A stretch of 63,985 nt of DNA, the filler included, from Octopus bimaculoides (lineage: Eukaryota): the NCBI RefSeq assembly GCF_001194135.2. It is 8 parts of 6 records of this genome, joined end to end, with 100 filler letters (N's around TTAATTAATTAA, not from the genome) between each part and the next. Parts side by side here need not be neighbours in the genome. Positions count along the whole stretch, not along the records: positions 1 to 18,980 come from NC_069003.1; positions 19,081 to 25,238 come from NC_068987.1; 6 more parts are not named here. One strand, written 5' to 3'. Numbering within the stretch: position 1 is the first letter of the stretch; each line of letters opens with the position of its first letter. Below the pieces are notes generated by a model. That model was not told the origin of the DNA and ran no database searches. It was given only the letters and a program-made list of their open reading frames with translations. The translations under genes and the position numbers were made by a program. This document shows positions 12,891 to 25,162 of this stretch, piece by piece.

Positions 12891-13711
12891 ATATGTATAT
12901 GGATATTATATATCAAAAGAAGTCTCTCTTCAAGGGTACAGGAAAAAGTAAAGTGTTCCCCTCCCCTTCACCTCCCCACTCTCAGTTCCCACTACCACCA
13001 CCACCCACAGATATCTCCACACCATACATAAGCAGACATACCATTGATGCTAATTTGGGTACAGATTCTAGTCCCTTCTCCTATATGTCTAGCTCTCATC
13101 TTTATCCACAGCCTCACCCGCCCACCCACACATACAGGAAAACATACACACACACATACAGATACACACATCTACACAAACATACATCTACACACACATA
13201 CACACTTTCACACACATACAGACATATACACATACACACACACACACACACATGCTCCCTTGATGCTAAATTGGGCACTCAGCCCTTATTTATCTACCTA
13301 CACACCAGCCCTACCCCTATTACTCCTACCTCCATCACCACCACCACCAACAACAACAGCAACATCACACACCCAGCCACCAGGACCTCCATATAATACC
13401 TAAGCTGGTTTTTCTAGGGTATATATATATTTTTATTCATGCCAGCTGGAGATGTTTCAGGGTTACTTTTTATTTATTGTGGTTGTTGTGGTGGTGGTGG
13501 TGGTAGTGGTGGTGGTGGTGGAGGGGGATTAGCTACACCACCACCACCACCACCACCACCACCACCACCACCAATCAATCCACCAAATTTTTTCTGCCTT
13601 TGATTTTAATTTTCTTTTCAGAGGAGGTGGGTGGCCTTTGGATCATTATAATAACACACACACTCACACATACATACTTACAAACACACACACACATGCA
13701 AACACACACTC

Positions 13712-13744
<33 letters not shown>

Positions 13745-14005
13745 TACACACACACAAACACACACTCGCACACACACATACAAACACAGGTATGCTCTTC
13801 TATGCTTTTCTGTCTTTCAGTCACTACTAAATTCTTCATTGCCCCCATCCTGGGGCATGGCAGCATTGGAGAATTCATTTGATCAAAGGGACTTCAGTAC
13901 TTATTCTAAGTTTGGTATTTATTCTATCGAATTCTATTTGCCTGATAGGTAAATATGAATAAGCATTCCTAGGTAAATACAAGCACCAAGGCACACACAG
14001 ACACA

Positions 14006-14226
14006 CATGAGAAGGTGCTGAAAAGTTCCTGGCTTTGCATAAAAGAAAATACAGGAGAATCAGTTAATTATGATTTCATTCAACATGTTCCCCTCTCAGA
14101 TTCACACACTTCATTGCAGTGGTTCTTCAGGTTTTCTAAGCCCTGTAAAAGAACTCAGAAGGTTGGGCCTCCAACCAGGCCTTTTGCAACACTCTTAAAG
14201 CCAGGAATATTTTGGCACCCTATTGT
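14006..14226 (+). mobile_element. mariner-derived MITE
   Basis: GGTGCTGAAAAGTTCCTGGCTTT ... AAAGCCAGGAATATTTTGGCACC inverted termini; second copy at 56401-56540. Confidence 0.75.
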
Positions 14227-15011
14227 TTGTATGCCTATATATNNNNNNNNNNNNNNNNNNNNNNNNNNNNNNNNNNNNNNNNNNNNNNNNNNNNNNNNNN
14301 NNNNNNNNNNNNNNNNNNNNNNNNNNNNNNNNNNNNNNNNNNNNNNNNNNNNNNNNNNNNNNNNNNNNNNNNNNNNNNNNNNNNNNNNNNNNNNNNNNNN
14401 NNNNNNNNNNNNNNNNNNNNNNNNNNNNNNNNNNNNNNNNNNNNNNNNNNNNNNNNNNNNNNNNNNNNNNNNNNNNNNNNNNNNNNNNNNNNNNNNNNNN
14501 NNNNNNNNNNNNNNNNNNNNNNNNNNNNNNNNNNNNNNNNNNNNNNNNNNNNNNNNNNNNNNNNNNNNNNNNNNNNNNNNNNNNNNNNNNNNNNNNNNNN
14601 NNNNNNNNNNNNNNNNNNNNNNNNNNNNNNNNNNNNNNNNNNNNNNNNNNNNNNNNNNNNNNNNNNNNNNNNNNNNNNNNNNNNNNNNNNNNNNNNNNNN
14701 NNNNNNNNNNNNNNNNNNNNNNNNNNNNNNNNNNNNNNNNNNNNNNNNNNNNNNNNNNNNNNNNNNNNNNNNNNNNNNNNNNNNNNNNNNNNNNNNNNNN
14801 NNNNNNNNNNNNNNNNNNNNNNNNNNNNNNNNNNNNNNNNNNNNNNNNNNNNNNNNNNNNNNNNNNNNNNNNNNNNNNNNNNNNNNNNNNNNNNNNNNNN
14901 NNNNNNNNNNNNNNNNNNNNNNNNNNNNNNNNNNNNNNNNNNNNNNNNNNNNNNNNNNNNNNNNNNNNNNNNNNNNNNNCACACGTATATATATATATAT
15001 ATATACATACA

Positions 15012-15110
15012 TATGACAGGCTTCTTTCAGTTTCCATCTACCAAATCCACTCACAAGGCTTTGGTCGGCCCAAGGCTATAGTAGAAGACACTTGCCCAAG
15101 ATGCCACGCA
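15012..15110 (-). mobile_element. SINE family A fragment, head cut off at the adjacent RTE tail
   Basis: Homology stops at GCCACGCA, where the RTE (GAT)n tail begins. Confidence 0.8.
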
Positions 15111-15870
15111 TATCATCATCAGCCATCATTTTGAATCTGGGTTTGTCTCCGTTAATGGGGGTGGCTGGATCTACTTCAATGCCAAAGTAACCACCCTCAC
15201 ACCACCTTGCCCGGTTTTGGGCATCCTCTCTTCTCAAGTCAACCCTCTCAATCTCCTCCCCCTCCACCTGTCCCCTCCACATTGTCCTCTGTCTACCTGG
15301 CTTTCACTGTCCATTTACCTCAAACTCTAGCACCGTCTTCAGAACATGCTCCTCATCCCTCCCCAACACATGCCCATACCACCACACACCATTCACCCTT
15401 GCCAACTGTTCCACTGAATCCTCCAACCCCAGCATCCCCATCAAGTCCTCAGTCCTCCTCTTATCAAACAGCCTCACGCCACACGTTTCTTTCACCATTG
15501 CTCTCTCAGTCCTTCTCAAACACCATGTCTCACTTTCATACAGTATTGCAGCTCTCACATAACTGCTATAGAACTCTCCTTTCGTCTTCAATGAGAACCT
15601 TTTCCCACATAACAACACTCCACATTCCCTGAACTTCACTCAGCCAAGTCTCACTCATGCTGTCACAGCTGCTTCACATCCACCACTTACATCCACTTTA
15701 TCTGCCAAATAGCAAAACCCTCTCAGTGTCTCCACCTCATCACATAGTGTTTCCACTGACTTCGCCAGCCCTCCAGCTCCTTTCTCACATCTTCCACAAA
15801 CAAATTCTCTTGCAAGTCTTGGGGTCACCTTCTTCATTTTCGTACATCTACCATGAATCTATTTCTCACT
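15111..15870 (-). mobile_element. RTE LINE, RT C-terminal part to 3' end
   Basis: FCYLADKVDVSGGCEAAVTA, KFRECGVLL, VRAAILYESETW, WWYGHVLGRDEEH, RARW; frameshifted. Confidence 0.9.
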
Positions 15871-15934
15871 TTAAGTTTCATGAATCCATTTCTCACTTTA
15901 AGTTTCATGAATCCATTTCTCACTTTAAGTTTCA
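15852..15934 (+). repeat. 27-bp tandem repeat (3 units visible, runs into gap)
   Basis: Unit CATGAATCCATTTCTCACTTTAAGTTT. Confidence 0.95.
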
Positions 15935-16678
15935 NNNNNNNNNNNNNNNNNNNNNNNNNNNNNNNNNNNNNNNNNNNNNNNNNNNNNNNNNNNNNNNNNN
16001 NNNNNNNNNNNNNNNNNNNNNNNNNNNNNNNNNNNNNNNNNNNNNNNNNNNNNNNNNNNNNNNNNNNNNNNNNNNNNNNNNNNNNNNNNNNNNNNNNNNN
16101 NNNNNNNNNNNNNNNNNNNNNNNNNNNNNNNNNNNNNNNNNNNNNNNNNNNNNNNNNNNNNNNNNNNNNNNNNNNNNNNNNNNNNNNNNNNNNNNNNNNN
16201 NNNNNNNNNNNNNNNNNNNNNNNNNNNNNNNNNNNNNNNNNNNNNNNNNNNNNNNNNNNNNNNNNNNNNNNNNNNNNNNNNNNNNNNNNNNNNNNNNNNN
16301 NNNNNNNNNNNNNNNNNNNNNNNNNNNNNNNNNNNNNNNNNNNNNNNNNNNNNNNNNNNNNNNNNNNNNNNNNNNNNNNNNNNNNNNNNNNNNNNNNNNN
16401 NNNNNNNNNNNNNNNNNNNNNNNNNNNNNNNNNNNNNNNNNNNNNNNNNNNNNNNNNNNNNNNNNNNNNNNNNNNNNNNNNNNNNNNNNNNNNNNNNNNN
16501 NNNNNNNNNNNNNNNNNNNNNNNNNNNNNNNNNNNNNNNNNNNNNNNNNNNNNNNNNNNNNNNNNNNNNNNNNNNNNNNNNNNNNNNNNNNNNNNNNNNN
16601 NNNNNNNNNNNNNNNNNNNNNNNGATCTAATAGATAGATAGAGGGAGGGAGGGAGGGATGGATGGATGGATGAATGGG

Positions 16679-16735
<57 letters not shown>

Positions 16736-17445
16736 GGATAGATAGACAGGCAGACAAGCAGACAGATAGACAAAGCAATTAAGGATATGAAAATAGGGAA
16801 AGCTCCTGGCCCATCAGGAATCTCCACAGTGATGCTTAAAATATCTGGCAAAGTGGGATTTGGCCTCGTTACATGTATAGTTAATCAGGTTGTCCATGAG
16901 GGAGTCGTACCCAACAACTGGTATAGCAGTCAACTGCTACAAAGGTAAAGGTGACACCTTATACAGAAATAATTACAGAGGTATCAAATTGCTGGACCAC
17001 ACCATGAAAGTTACAGAAAGGATCATAGCTTAATTAATTGGGAAGAGAGTTAGCCCACATGAGATGCAGTTTGATTTTATGCCAAGAGCAAGCACTACTG
17101 ATGCTGTCTTCCTGGTGAGGCAACTGCAGGAGAAGTATTTAACCAAAAATGAATCTCTGTACTTGGCTTTTGTTGTCATTGAGAAAGCCTTTGACAGGAT
17201 CTCCCACTCCCTTAACTAGTGAGAAATGTGGAATCTATGGAATCTATGGATAGGTGAGTTGTTGGTGAGAGCTGTACAAGCCATGCACAAGGATGCAGTC
17301 AGTAAGGTGAAAGTCAGCAATGAGTATAAAGAATTTAGTGTACAGCAATGAATTTAGTGTTCACCAAGGACCAATTCTCAGCCTCCTCTTGTTTAACAGA
17401 GTCTTTCAGACCATAACTGGTATGCCCTTGGGTGCTCCTCAGTAC

Positions 17446-17639
17446 CAGTGCTCCGCAACCGTTTTTCACTTGAAGTACACTTATATTCTTTACAAAATTC
17501 AACGGCACACCCAAACTAAAAATATAACTAAAAGTATGGCGGGGGAGGGGGGGGGATTATATTCAGGTTACACTGTGGCACACTTAGCATTGTCTCATGG
17601 CACACCAGTGTGCTGTGGCATACCGGTTGTGAAGCACTG
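17446..17639. mobile_element. hAT-like MITE, 194 bp
   Basis: TIR CAGTGCTCCGCAACCG / CGGTTGTGAAGCACTG (14/16); decayed 8-bp TSD CTCAGTAC / CTCTATGC; subterminal GGCACAC motifs. Confidence 0.8.
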
Positions 17640-18157
17640 CTCTATGCTGCCAACCTTGTTCTTATTGCTGAATCACTAACCGAATGAGAGAAGAAATTTC
17701 AGGTGTGGAAGCAGGGTCTGGAATCAAAGGGTCTTAGAGTAAATTTAGCAAATACCAAAGTCCTAGTAAGTAGGAAGATGGCCCTGTTCTATAGGTAGAA
17801 AGGGTGTTGGTAAAAACTCCATAATGTGCCCCCAGTGCAAGCTATGGACACATAAGAAGTGCATTGGTATCAGAGGAAGATTAACCGAGGAAGATTAAAG
17901 TAGTATGTGGCAGATGTACAGATACAATACAACCCCAAGGTACCAATGCCGCATATAAAGCACCCATGCTGGTACCATGTATAAAGCACCCATTCCAGCC
18001 CCTGTGCTAGCACCATGTAAAAAGCATCTGAGTTGGTGCCATGTAGAGGAGCACCCATGCTGGCACCACATAAAAGGCACCCAGTACACTCTGTAAAACC
18101 ACCCAGTACACTCTGTCAAACCACCCAATCAATGCCAGCATGGAAAACAGACATTAA

Positions 18158-18448
18158 CCCATGACCTCCCATAATTCTATTAACTGGAATTTTTTTAATG
18201 AAACTTTGATTTCTAGTATAAAACAGCCTTAGAAACACGCTGGAATGATCAAAATAACATTTCAAAATAACATTTTAAATAGAAATAAGCGAGATATTGG
18301 GTGAAAAATGAGCAAACCTCATTTGAATATCAGAGAAATATACCTAGCAGATATAGCAAAAAGGTTAGATATGTGTAAATATTGACAGATAATTACGAAA
18401 TTTGTAATTTTTAAGTGATCTCATATGGGGTCACTGGTAGGTAATGAG
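18158..18448. mobile_element. piggyBac-like MITE, 291 bp
   Basis: TTAA on both sides (18154-57, 18449-52); termini CCCATGACCTCCCA vs reverse complement CTCATTACCTACCA (11/14). Removing it restores the RTE tail ACATTAAATGATGAT. Confidence 0.75.
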
Positions 18449-18474
18449 TTAAATGATGATGGTAATGATGATGA

Positions 18475-18685
18475 TATCATTCTTTTCTACTACAGACACA
18501 AGGCTTGAAATTTTAGGGGAGTGAACTAGTTGGTTACATTGACCCCATGCTTGGTTGGTACTTACTTCATTGTCCCCGAAAAGATTAAAGGTAAAGTTAA
18601 CTTCAGCAGAATTTGAACTCAGAACATAAAGACTGACAAAATACAGCATTTTGTCTAGCATGCTAATAATTCTGTAGGATTTAAT
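18475..18685 (-). mobile_element. tRNA-derived SINE, family C (Nin/Deu-domain-like core)
   Basis: TTCTGAGTTCAAATTCTGCTGAAGTTAACTTTACCTTTAATCTTTTCGGGG..AAGTACC; related copies at 21590-21690, 30509-30695 and 57068-57830. Confidence 0.7.
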
Positions 18686-18706
18686 CATATTACATATGAC
18701 GCAGTG

Positions 18707-18980
18707 GAGGCGCAATGGCCCAGTGGTTAGGGCAGCGGACTCGCGGTCATAGGATCACGGTTTCGATTCCCAGACTGGGCGTTGTGAGTGTTGATTGAGC
18801 GAAAACACTTAAACCTCCACAAGGCTCCGGCAGGGGATGGTGGCGAACCCTGCTGTACTCTTCCACCACAACTTTCTCTCACTCTTACTTCCTGTTTCTG
18901 TTGTGCCTGTAATTCAAAGGGTCAGCCTTGTCACACTCTGTGTCACGCTGAATATCCCCGAGAACTACGTTAAGGGTACA
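18707..18980 (+). mobile_element. tRNA-derived SINE (head related to family B), truncated by gap
   Basis: TGGCCCAGTGGTTAGG A-box and GGTTTCGATTCCC B-box followed by a non-tRNA body; 3' region shared with 20120-20200. Confidence 0.8.
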
Positions 18981-19024
18981 NNNNNNNNNNNNNNNNNNNN
19001 NNNNNNNNNNNNNNNNNNNNNNNN

Positions 19025-19036
19025 TTAATTAATTAA
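19025..19036. other. Synthetic six-frame-stop linker in a 100-bp gap (also 25283, 39879, 45100, 51289, 56600, 62855)
   Basis: Each is 44 N + TTAATTAATTAA + 44 N. Confidence 0.97.
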
Positions 19037-19985
19037 NNNNNNNNNNNNNNNNNNNNNNNNNNNNNNNNNNNNNNNNNNNNACACACACATACATACATTT
19101 ATATGTGTATATATGCGTGTTATGTAAACAATATATATATATATTGTTTACATAACACACCATAGACAATATGAAATAGTTATCATCTATTTATATGCTT
19201 GCTCTAACTTTAAAACTGTAAACATATTTATCTAACAACGTTACAATCGAAATTTACTGTTACTTAAATGTTAATTACATTCAGATCGGTTAACAGCCTG
19301 GAAGATTTATCAATCAGTTTGTTTATTTGCCAGTCAATGTCCAGCGCAAATCAGCTACTAATGTCTATGTGACGGTCATTGTTGGAGGCAAATTAAGTTA
19401 CATGACATAATATGTCGTTAAGAAAATAGTTTCGCAGATATGTGACTCCCAGTTCGATAGGTTTGAGCTGTGTATTTCATATTTGTCTTCTAATATGTTT
19501 TAACGTTGACCAATGCAATGCATTGTCAGTGAAATATGGTCGACGGAACATGTGCGGAAGACCGTCGTGTCAACATACACACACACGCACATATATATAC
19601 ACATGTCTGATGTAATAAGTTAAGTACCCGGCTTAAAAAAGTAAGTGCTAGAATGAATTTGTTCGACTAAACCCCTCAAGGCGGTGCTCCAGCCTGGCCA
19701 CAGTCCAATGACTGAAACAAACAAAAGATAGAAGATTAATATGTGAATAAAAGACCATGCATGGTTCCAACGCCATGGAATTTGGTGCGTCCTATGCAGA
19801 AATAAGTAGCGAAAATTCTTCCAATGTACTTTACATCCATTTCACTCTTATTGCTTTCAATAAGGCAGATAAAACGGCTAAAGGAGATTGATATTTCTTC
19901 CCATTTTCTTAGAAACCACTTTAAATCTGGTTTAGAAGGTGTGTTCCTTTAGTTTTTCATTTTTACCCCGCTTTTAATGAAAGCG

Positions 19986-20255
19986 CGTCAGGGTGTTCGA
20001 CTCACGATCATAAAGTTGTGAGATTGATTCTCGGCGGTAAGTTGTGTCCTTGAGCAAGATACTTTATTTCTCGGTGCTTCAGTCCACTCAGCTGGCAAAA
20101 ACGAGTTGTACCTGTATTTCAAGGGACCAGTCTTGTCACATTCTGTATCATGCATATCAGCGGAGTTCTCAGCTACTTGCACGTTAATTTCACGAGCAAG
20201 CTGTTCGGTTGATCGAATCAAATGGAACACTCGTTGTCATAACCAACAGAAAACC
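19986..20255 (+). mobile_element. SINE family B
   Basis: GTTGTGTCCTTGAGCAAGATAC..CAGTCCACTCAGCTGG core; homologous to 6500-6692. Confidence 0.7.
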
Positions 20256-21322
20256 AGTCCTTTAGTTTTAATCATCTTAGCTGCATGAGATCCTCTACTA
20301 TATTATCACGGATGTAAAGACAACTCAGTTACCGTGATTGGTTAAGTGGAGACCTAGGATGAGGCTTAGTGAAGAAACTGATATATAATGACAGGATAGA
20401 CTTATACATTTGGATGTTTCCTGATACACTCACAGGGGTTAACGGTTGGCAGTGACCTGTGACCTGTAGCAGGATGGCCAGTAACCATACACCTATTGAA
20501 CACTCCTGCACTCGCGTATCGCACCAACCAGTGTGACATACACAACACACACACGCTTACATACACATATACACATATATAGCTGTGTGTGTATATGCAA
20601 GTGCGCGCATATTTGAACGTGGGCTTGCCTGAGTGTGTGTATGTGTGGGTACGTTGCACACCATAATATTTATAGATAACTACGTAAACGAGTGTCAGTG
20701 GAATATTTTGATATATATGTGTCTCTCTGCGTGAGTATATCTATCTATATATATCTATCTATCTACACACACACATATATATATATGTATATATATATAT
20801 AGTACAAATTTATACAAAAACAAAAGACGAAGACAGGTGTAGGAACAACAAGCAAGTGTATTACTTTGACACCCGGTAAAAATAGAAAAGTCTTTTTACA
20901 TTTCTAGCCTACGCTTTTCGACAGAAAAGAATAAGAGGAAGTAAACAGAGAGAGAACGAAAAGAAACATGTTGAGTTTAGTGGTCCAACTATATATATAT
21001 ATATATNNNNNNNNNNNNNNNNNNNNNNNNNNNNNNNNNNNNNNNNNNNNNNNNNNNNNNNNNNNNNNNNNNNNNNNNNNNNNNNNNNNNNNNNNNNNNN
21101 NNNNNNNNNNNNNNNNNNNNNNNNNNNNNNNNNNNNNNNNNNNNNNNNNNNNNNNNNNNNNNNNNNNNNNNNNNNNNNNNNNNNNNNNNNNNNNNNNNNN
21201 NNNNNNNNNNNNNNNNNNNNNNNNNNNNNNNNNNNNNNNNNNNNNNNNNNNNNNNNNNNNNNNNNNNNNNNNNNNNNNNNNNNNNNNNNNNNNNNNNNNN
21301 NNNNNNNNNNNNNNNNNNNNNN

Positions 21323-21405
<83 letters not shown>

Positions 21406-22299
21406 CGTGTGCGTGTGTAATTTCAGTATATCGTTACATGTGAAAGATAAATACTCACTGATGTATATTTGACTTTAACGTCCCCAGGCAACGATCATGA
21501 GCAGTTGAGATGCCTGACAACTTTCACTTCAGATAACTCGTTCATGTTCTGTTGTGAAAAAAAACAATAATTTTTCTTAGTTCTAAGCACAAAACCCGGA
21601 ATTTTTTTTAGAGGAAGTAGTAAGTCCATTGCGTCGACCTGAAAGGATGACAGTTCAAATTCGACCTCGGCAGAGTTTGAACTAAGAATGTAATAATAAT
21701 GGTGATGTTGATGATGATGATGATGATAACAACAATAATAACAATGATAACACTAATGATAAGAGAGAGAATAGCTCCAGACTAAATAACAACATGGACA
21801 TACTAAGAAGCTCTCTCTCTACAAAGCAAACTTAATCCAATAACATCCAATAACAATGGAAGGAAAAGTTTGCGATACAGTTGTGGGAAAAGTTCTGTTA
21901 AAGCAAAAGAATTAAAAACCGGGAAGGTTTTCGTTAAATACAGAGTAGTTTCTTTCTTAAATGCGCGGTATCTCAATGTGACATACGCAAGTCGTCGAAA
22001 CCAGCACCAGGAACCCTGGAAAAACACACCAAACACACCAATTACACAGTAAGTATGTACATTGAATAAGTATCTCTGCATGCAACTGTCCATACATCCA
22101 TGTACACATGCTAATATTTACAAGTAACATAAATAATGCCTACACGACACACACGTACACACACAGAAAATAAAAGAAAAACACGTCCAGCGACGCCAAA
22201 GCAAGCAAAAACAAAGCGACTTCCCGCAAACGAATATAAAAAGGAGCAAATTAGTCACTCAGTTTAAAACATCATTAAACAGTTATGCCCAGAAACATA

Positions 22300-23915
22300 G
22301 CTACCAAAAAAAAATACAGAAGTGATTTTCGATCTATCAGCCAACGATATGACAAATATTCATTCGAAGGACAAGGAAGCGGTGGTGTGTCAAAAAGTCA
22401 ACCCTAAACAAACAGACCCTTCTCCTATTGTCACCGTCAATGCTTTAGTGACAAGCCAAAACTCAGGCCGGATCGGTCATGGCCCGGGACAAGGACCGCG
22501 TTACCCAGTGGGGAACCGGACTGGGATCGAAAAGTCTGCTGCTGGAACAAACTCTCAGAAAAACAAACTATCAGGAAACCAAAACCAGGATAACTCTAAC
22601 CGTAGACCAGTAGTGACACCACCTAAAGCTACAATGGACTAGAGAGGATTATAGATATGTGTTGAAAGTATTCTATACAGCCCAGCTAAATTCAAACAAT
22701 AGCCTCATCGTACAAACATACACTTCATGGAGAAACTTAGTAGGCAACGAAGTACGCAGATATATAGACGCAAATAAATTAAACAATGTATGTAGAGACA
22801 TCATTAAGAATAAAAAGCTAACTGACGCTGAAATTAGCCAAATTAGGACCTAAATATCTCATAATAGACCAAATGAAAACAGCAACAATGCAGATGAAAT
22901 TGATAACAGATGCACAGAACCCAGTGTGCGAGCAGTACATCCAATGCGGGAGCTGAAGAAAGAATAGCGAAGAACAGATAAGCAGAAAAAGAGGAGAAAT
23001 TAGACCTACCTCAAGAACACCGGAATAGATATTACACGAAATTTGAGATGAATAATAAAGATATCATAGAAGCAAAAGAAGATATGATATTATGAGAGAA
23101 CTCAGCAAGACTGAATTTACCAAAGCTCTCAAACAACATAAAAAATAACAACACAATCATGATATATAATGTTGCTCTTAGACAGATCTTAAGAAATAAC
23201 CTCATCTATTCCACTGCCATAGTTGTAACTTGCTCAACTAGGTATCAGTACGACACAGAAAATGACCAACCATATCAATAGACCGCTTAAGTGGAAAGTA
23301 GCAATACAAAAAGAGAAACTACAAACCCACAAAACTACAAATTCATATTATATCTCTCGAAAACCTACAAAGCCTTAACTGCATTAATATCGTAGAAGAT
23401 GCGCAGACACCTGAAAGAAAACAACCTGTTTCCGGAAGAGCAGAAAGGATGCTGCAGAGGCTCATATAGCTGTAAATACCGGTTATTGAACAACAAAGCG
23501 ATAACTGAAGACTGCCGAAAGAAATAGGTCTGAGCATGACGAGGATTGATTAGCGGAAGGCTTTTGACAGTATTGCTTGTACATAGATCCTGGAAACGCT
23601 AGCCATGAACAAGGTAGCGCCAAAAATAATAAAATATATTAAGCAAGTTGCGAATAAATGAAGACAGTTCTGCAGCTATTGACAAAGGAGGGAATTATTA
23701 AAACTGAGGAACATTCCAAGAAGACCCGCTCTCTCCATTCCTTTCCTATCTGGCGTAGGCTCCTTTAACTGACATGCTGAACAAGACTGGATGTGGATAC
23801 AACTGCTCTGGTAAAGCAACCACGCATCTCTTGTATATGGATTATCTCAAGCTGTATGCTGCAAATAACAAACAAGTGCAAACACTACTACAGATAGTGC
23901 ATGGGTTTACATGAA
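22300..23915 (+). mobile_element. R4/Dong-clade element, N-terminal region and RT (internally deleted, many stops)
   Basis: TREDYRYVLKVFYTA..IDANKLNNVCRDIIKNKKLTDAEI (homologous to 37100-37350), FPEEQKGCCRGS, THLLYMDYLKLYA. Confidence 0.85.
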
Positions 23916-24102
23916 ATGAATATGATATTTCACTGAGAATTATGTGTCTATGGAATGCTCAGCAACTGCTAAAGGCGTGGCTGCATAGATAAGAATACTG
24001 TTTGCCAAGCAGGGCAACTTGAGCAAGTACTTCTACTATAGCACCGGGTTGACCAAAGATTTGTGAGTGCATTTGATAGACGGAAAGAAAATGATGCTCA
24101 TC

Positions 24103-24149
<47 letters not shown>

Positions 24150-25117
24150 CGCTTCTCCGCGACAGTTTTGACACCTGACGTGTGGTGCACCGTACACCTG
24201 TTCAGACAACGTCGATTTTTCTGGAGGGAGTGAGCTTATATAAAGAACGTACATTTTGATCACTATAAACAAATCATTTGTGCAGGTCGTTCAGCAAAAA
24301 TCTGAACACTCATACATTGTCTTAGATGTGAGAGTTCATGATATATACATATGTATATATAGCTATATATATATATATATATATAGATATATATCATATT
24401 CAGACACAAAACAGTGAGAATCAAAACAATGACGTGTACACCAATTGTGAAGACGTCTGCACACTTCAATGTGAACATGGCTCTTCACATTAAATTTCAT
24501 CTGGAAAAACGTCTTTTCCTTATAGATAAAAGGTGTAAACACCATACTCGCTCCATCTGATGTCAGTGGACTATCACACACCGGTGTTTCGGTGCAAATG
24601 CAACTCCTCAGTAATAGATTCCATCTCTTCTTTGGAACTAGATATGAATAACTGTTCCTACGAATAGAAATTGGAAAGGAAATCATTTGTTGATCCGTGT
24701 GTTATTTCTTACGGAAGATTGGTTTGAAACCCAAAGAACAGAAGAAAGTCAGTAGAAACGTAACCACGCCAACTGACCAGTTCAAAGGGGCTCGGTCCTC
24801 GAGATAGTGCAGGTTGAACCCCACCTCGGGAAAAGTGAATTTAGTCCTCGTTGCCCCTCATGGCGAGTATATATACTAAGAGGCGAAATGCTTGTAACTT
24901 TGAGCTACGTACCTGCAGGAACAGGTTTTCCAGCTATGCGAATGCTTTAGTCACCACCAAGAGAACAAAGATGTAGCATCTTTAGTAGCTGCCACAGTTT
25001 CTGCTTGGGCTACGTATTACCGATGTTTACCCATATAGCTGAGAAGCTACATCAGAGGGTCAAGAGCCGATGGTTGCGTGATAATGCACCAGTCAAACTA
25101 TCTATACCCCTCATTCG

Positions 25118-25162
<45 letters not shown>

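Larger units (their letters stand above)
16779..18470 (+). mobile_element. RTE LINE fragment (RT core + Cys/His finger + 3' tail), internally deleted, hosting two MITEs
   Basis: GKAPGPSGI, NYRGIKLL, STTDAVFLVRQLQEKY, AFVVIEKAFDR, LYAANLVLIAES (decayed YADD), GLRVNLANTK, then 3' UTR repeats and TTAAATGATGATG. Confidence 0.9.

Noticed and set aside
12749-13403. Pro/Thr/His-rich ORFs of 119-215 aa
   Set aside because: Derived from (ACC)n and (CA)n low-complexity DNA.
18707-18775. tRNA gene
   Set aside because: A and B boxes are present, but the acceptor stem does not close and the sequence continues into a SINE body.
24786-24895. HDV-like ribozyme candidate (TCCTCGT..CCCTCAT-GGCGA..GGCGAAA)
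   Set aside because: Motif spacing resembles L3/P1.1/J4-2, but I could not form P3 or a clean 7-bp P1. A covariance-model search would settle it.
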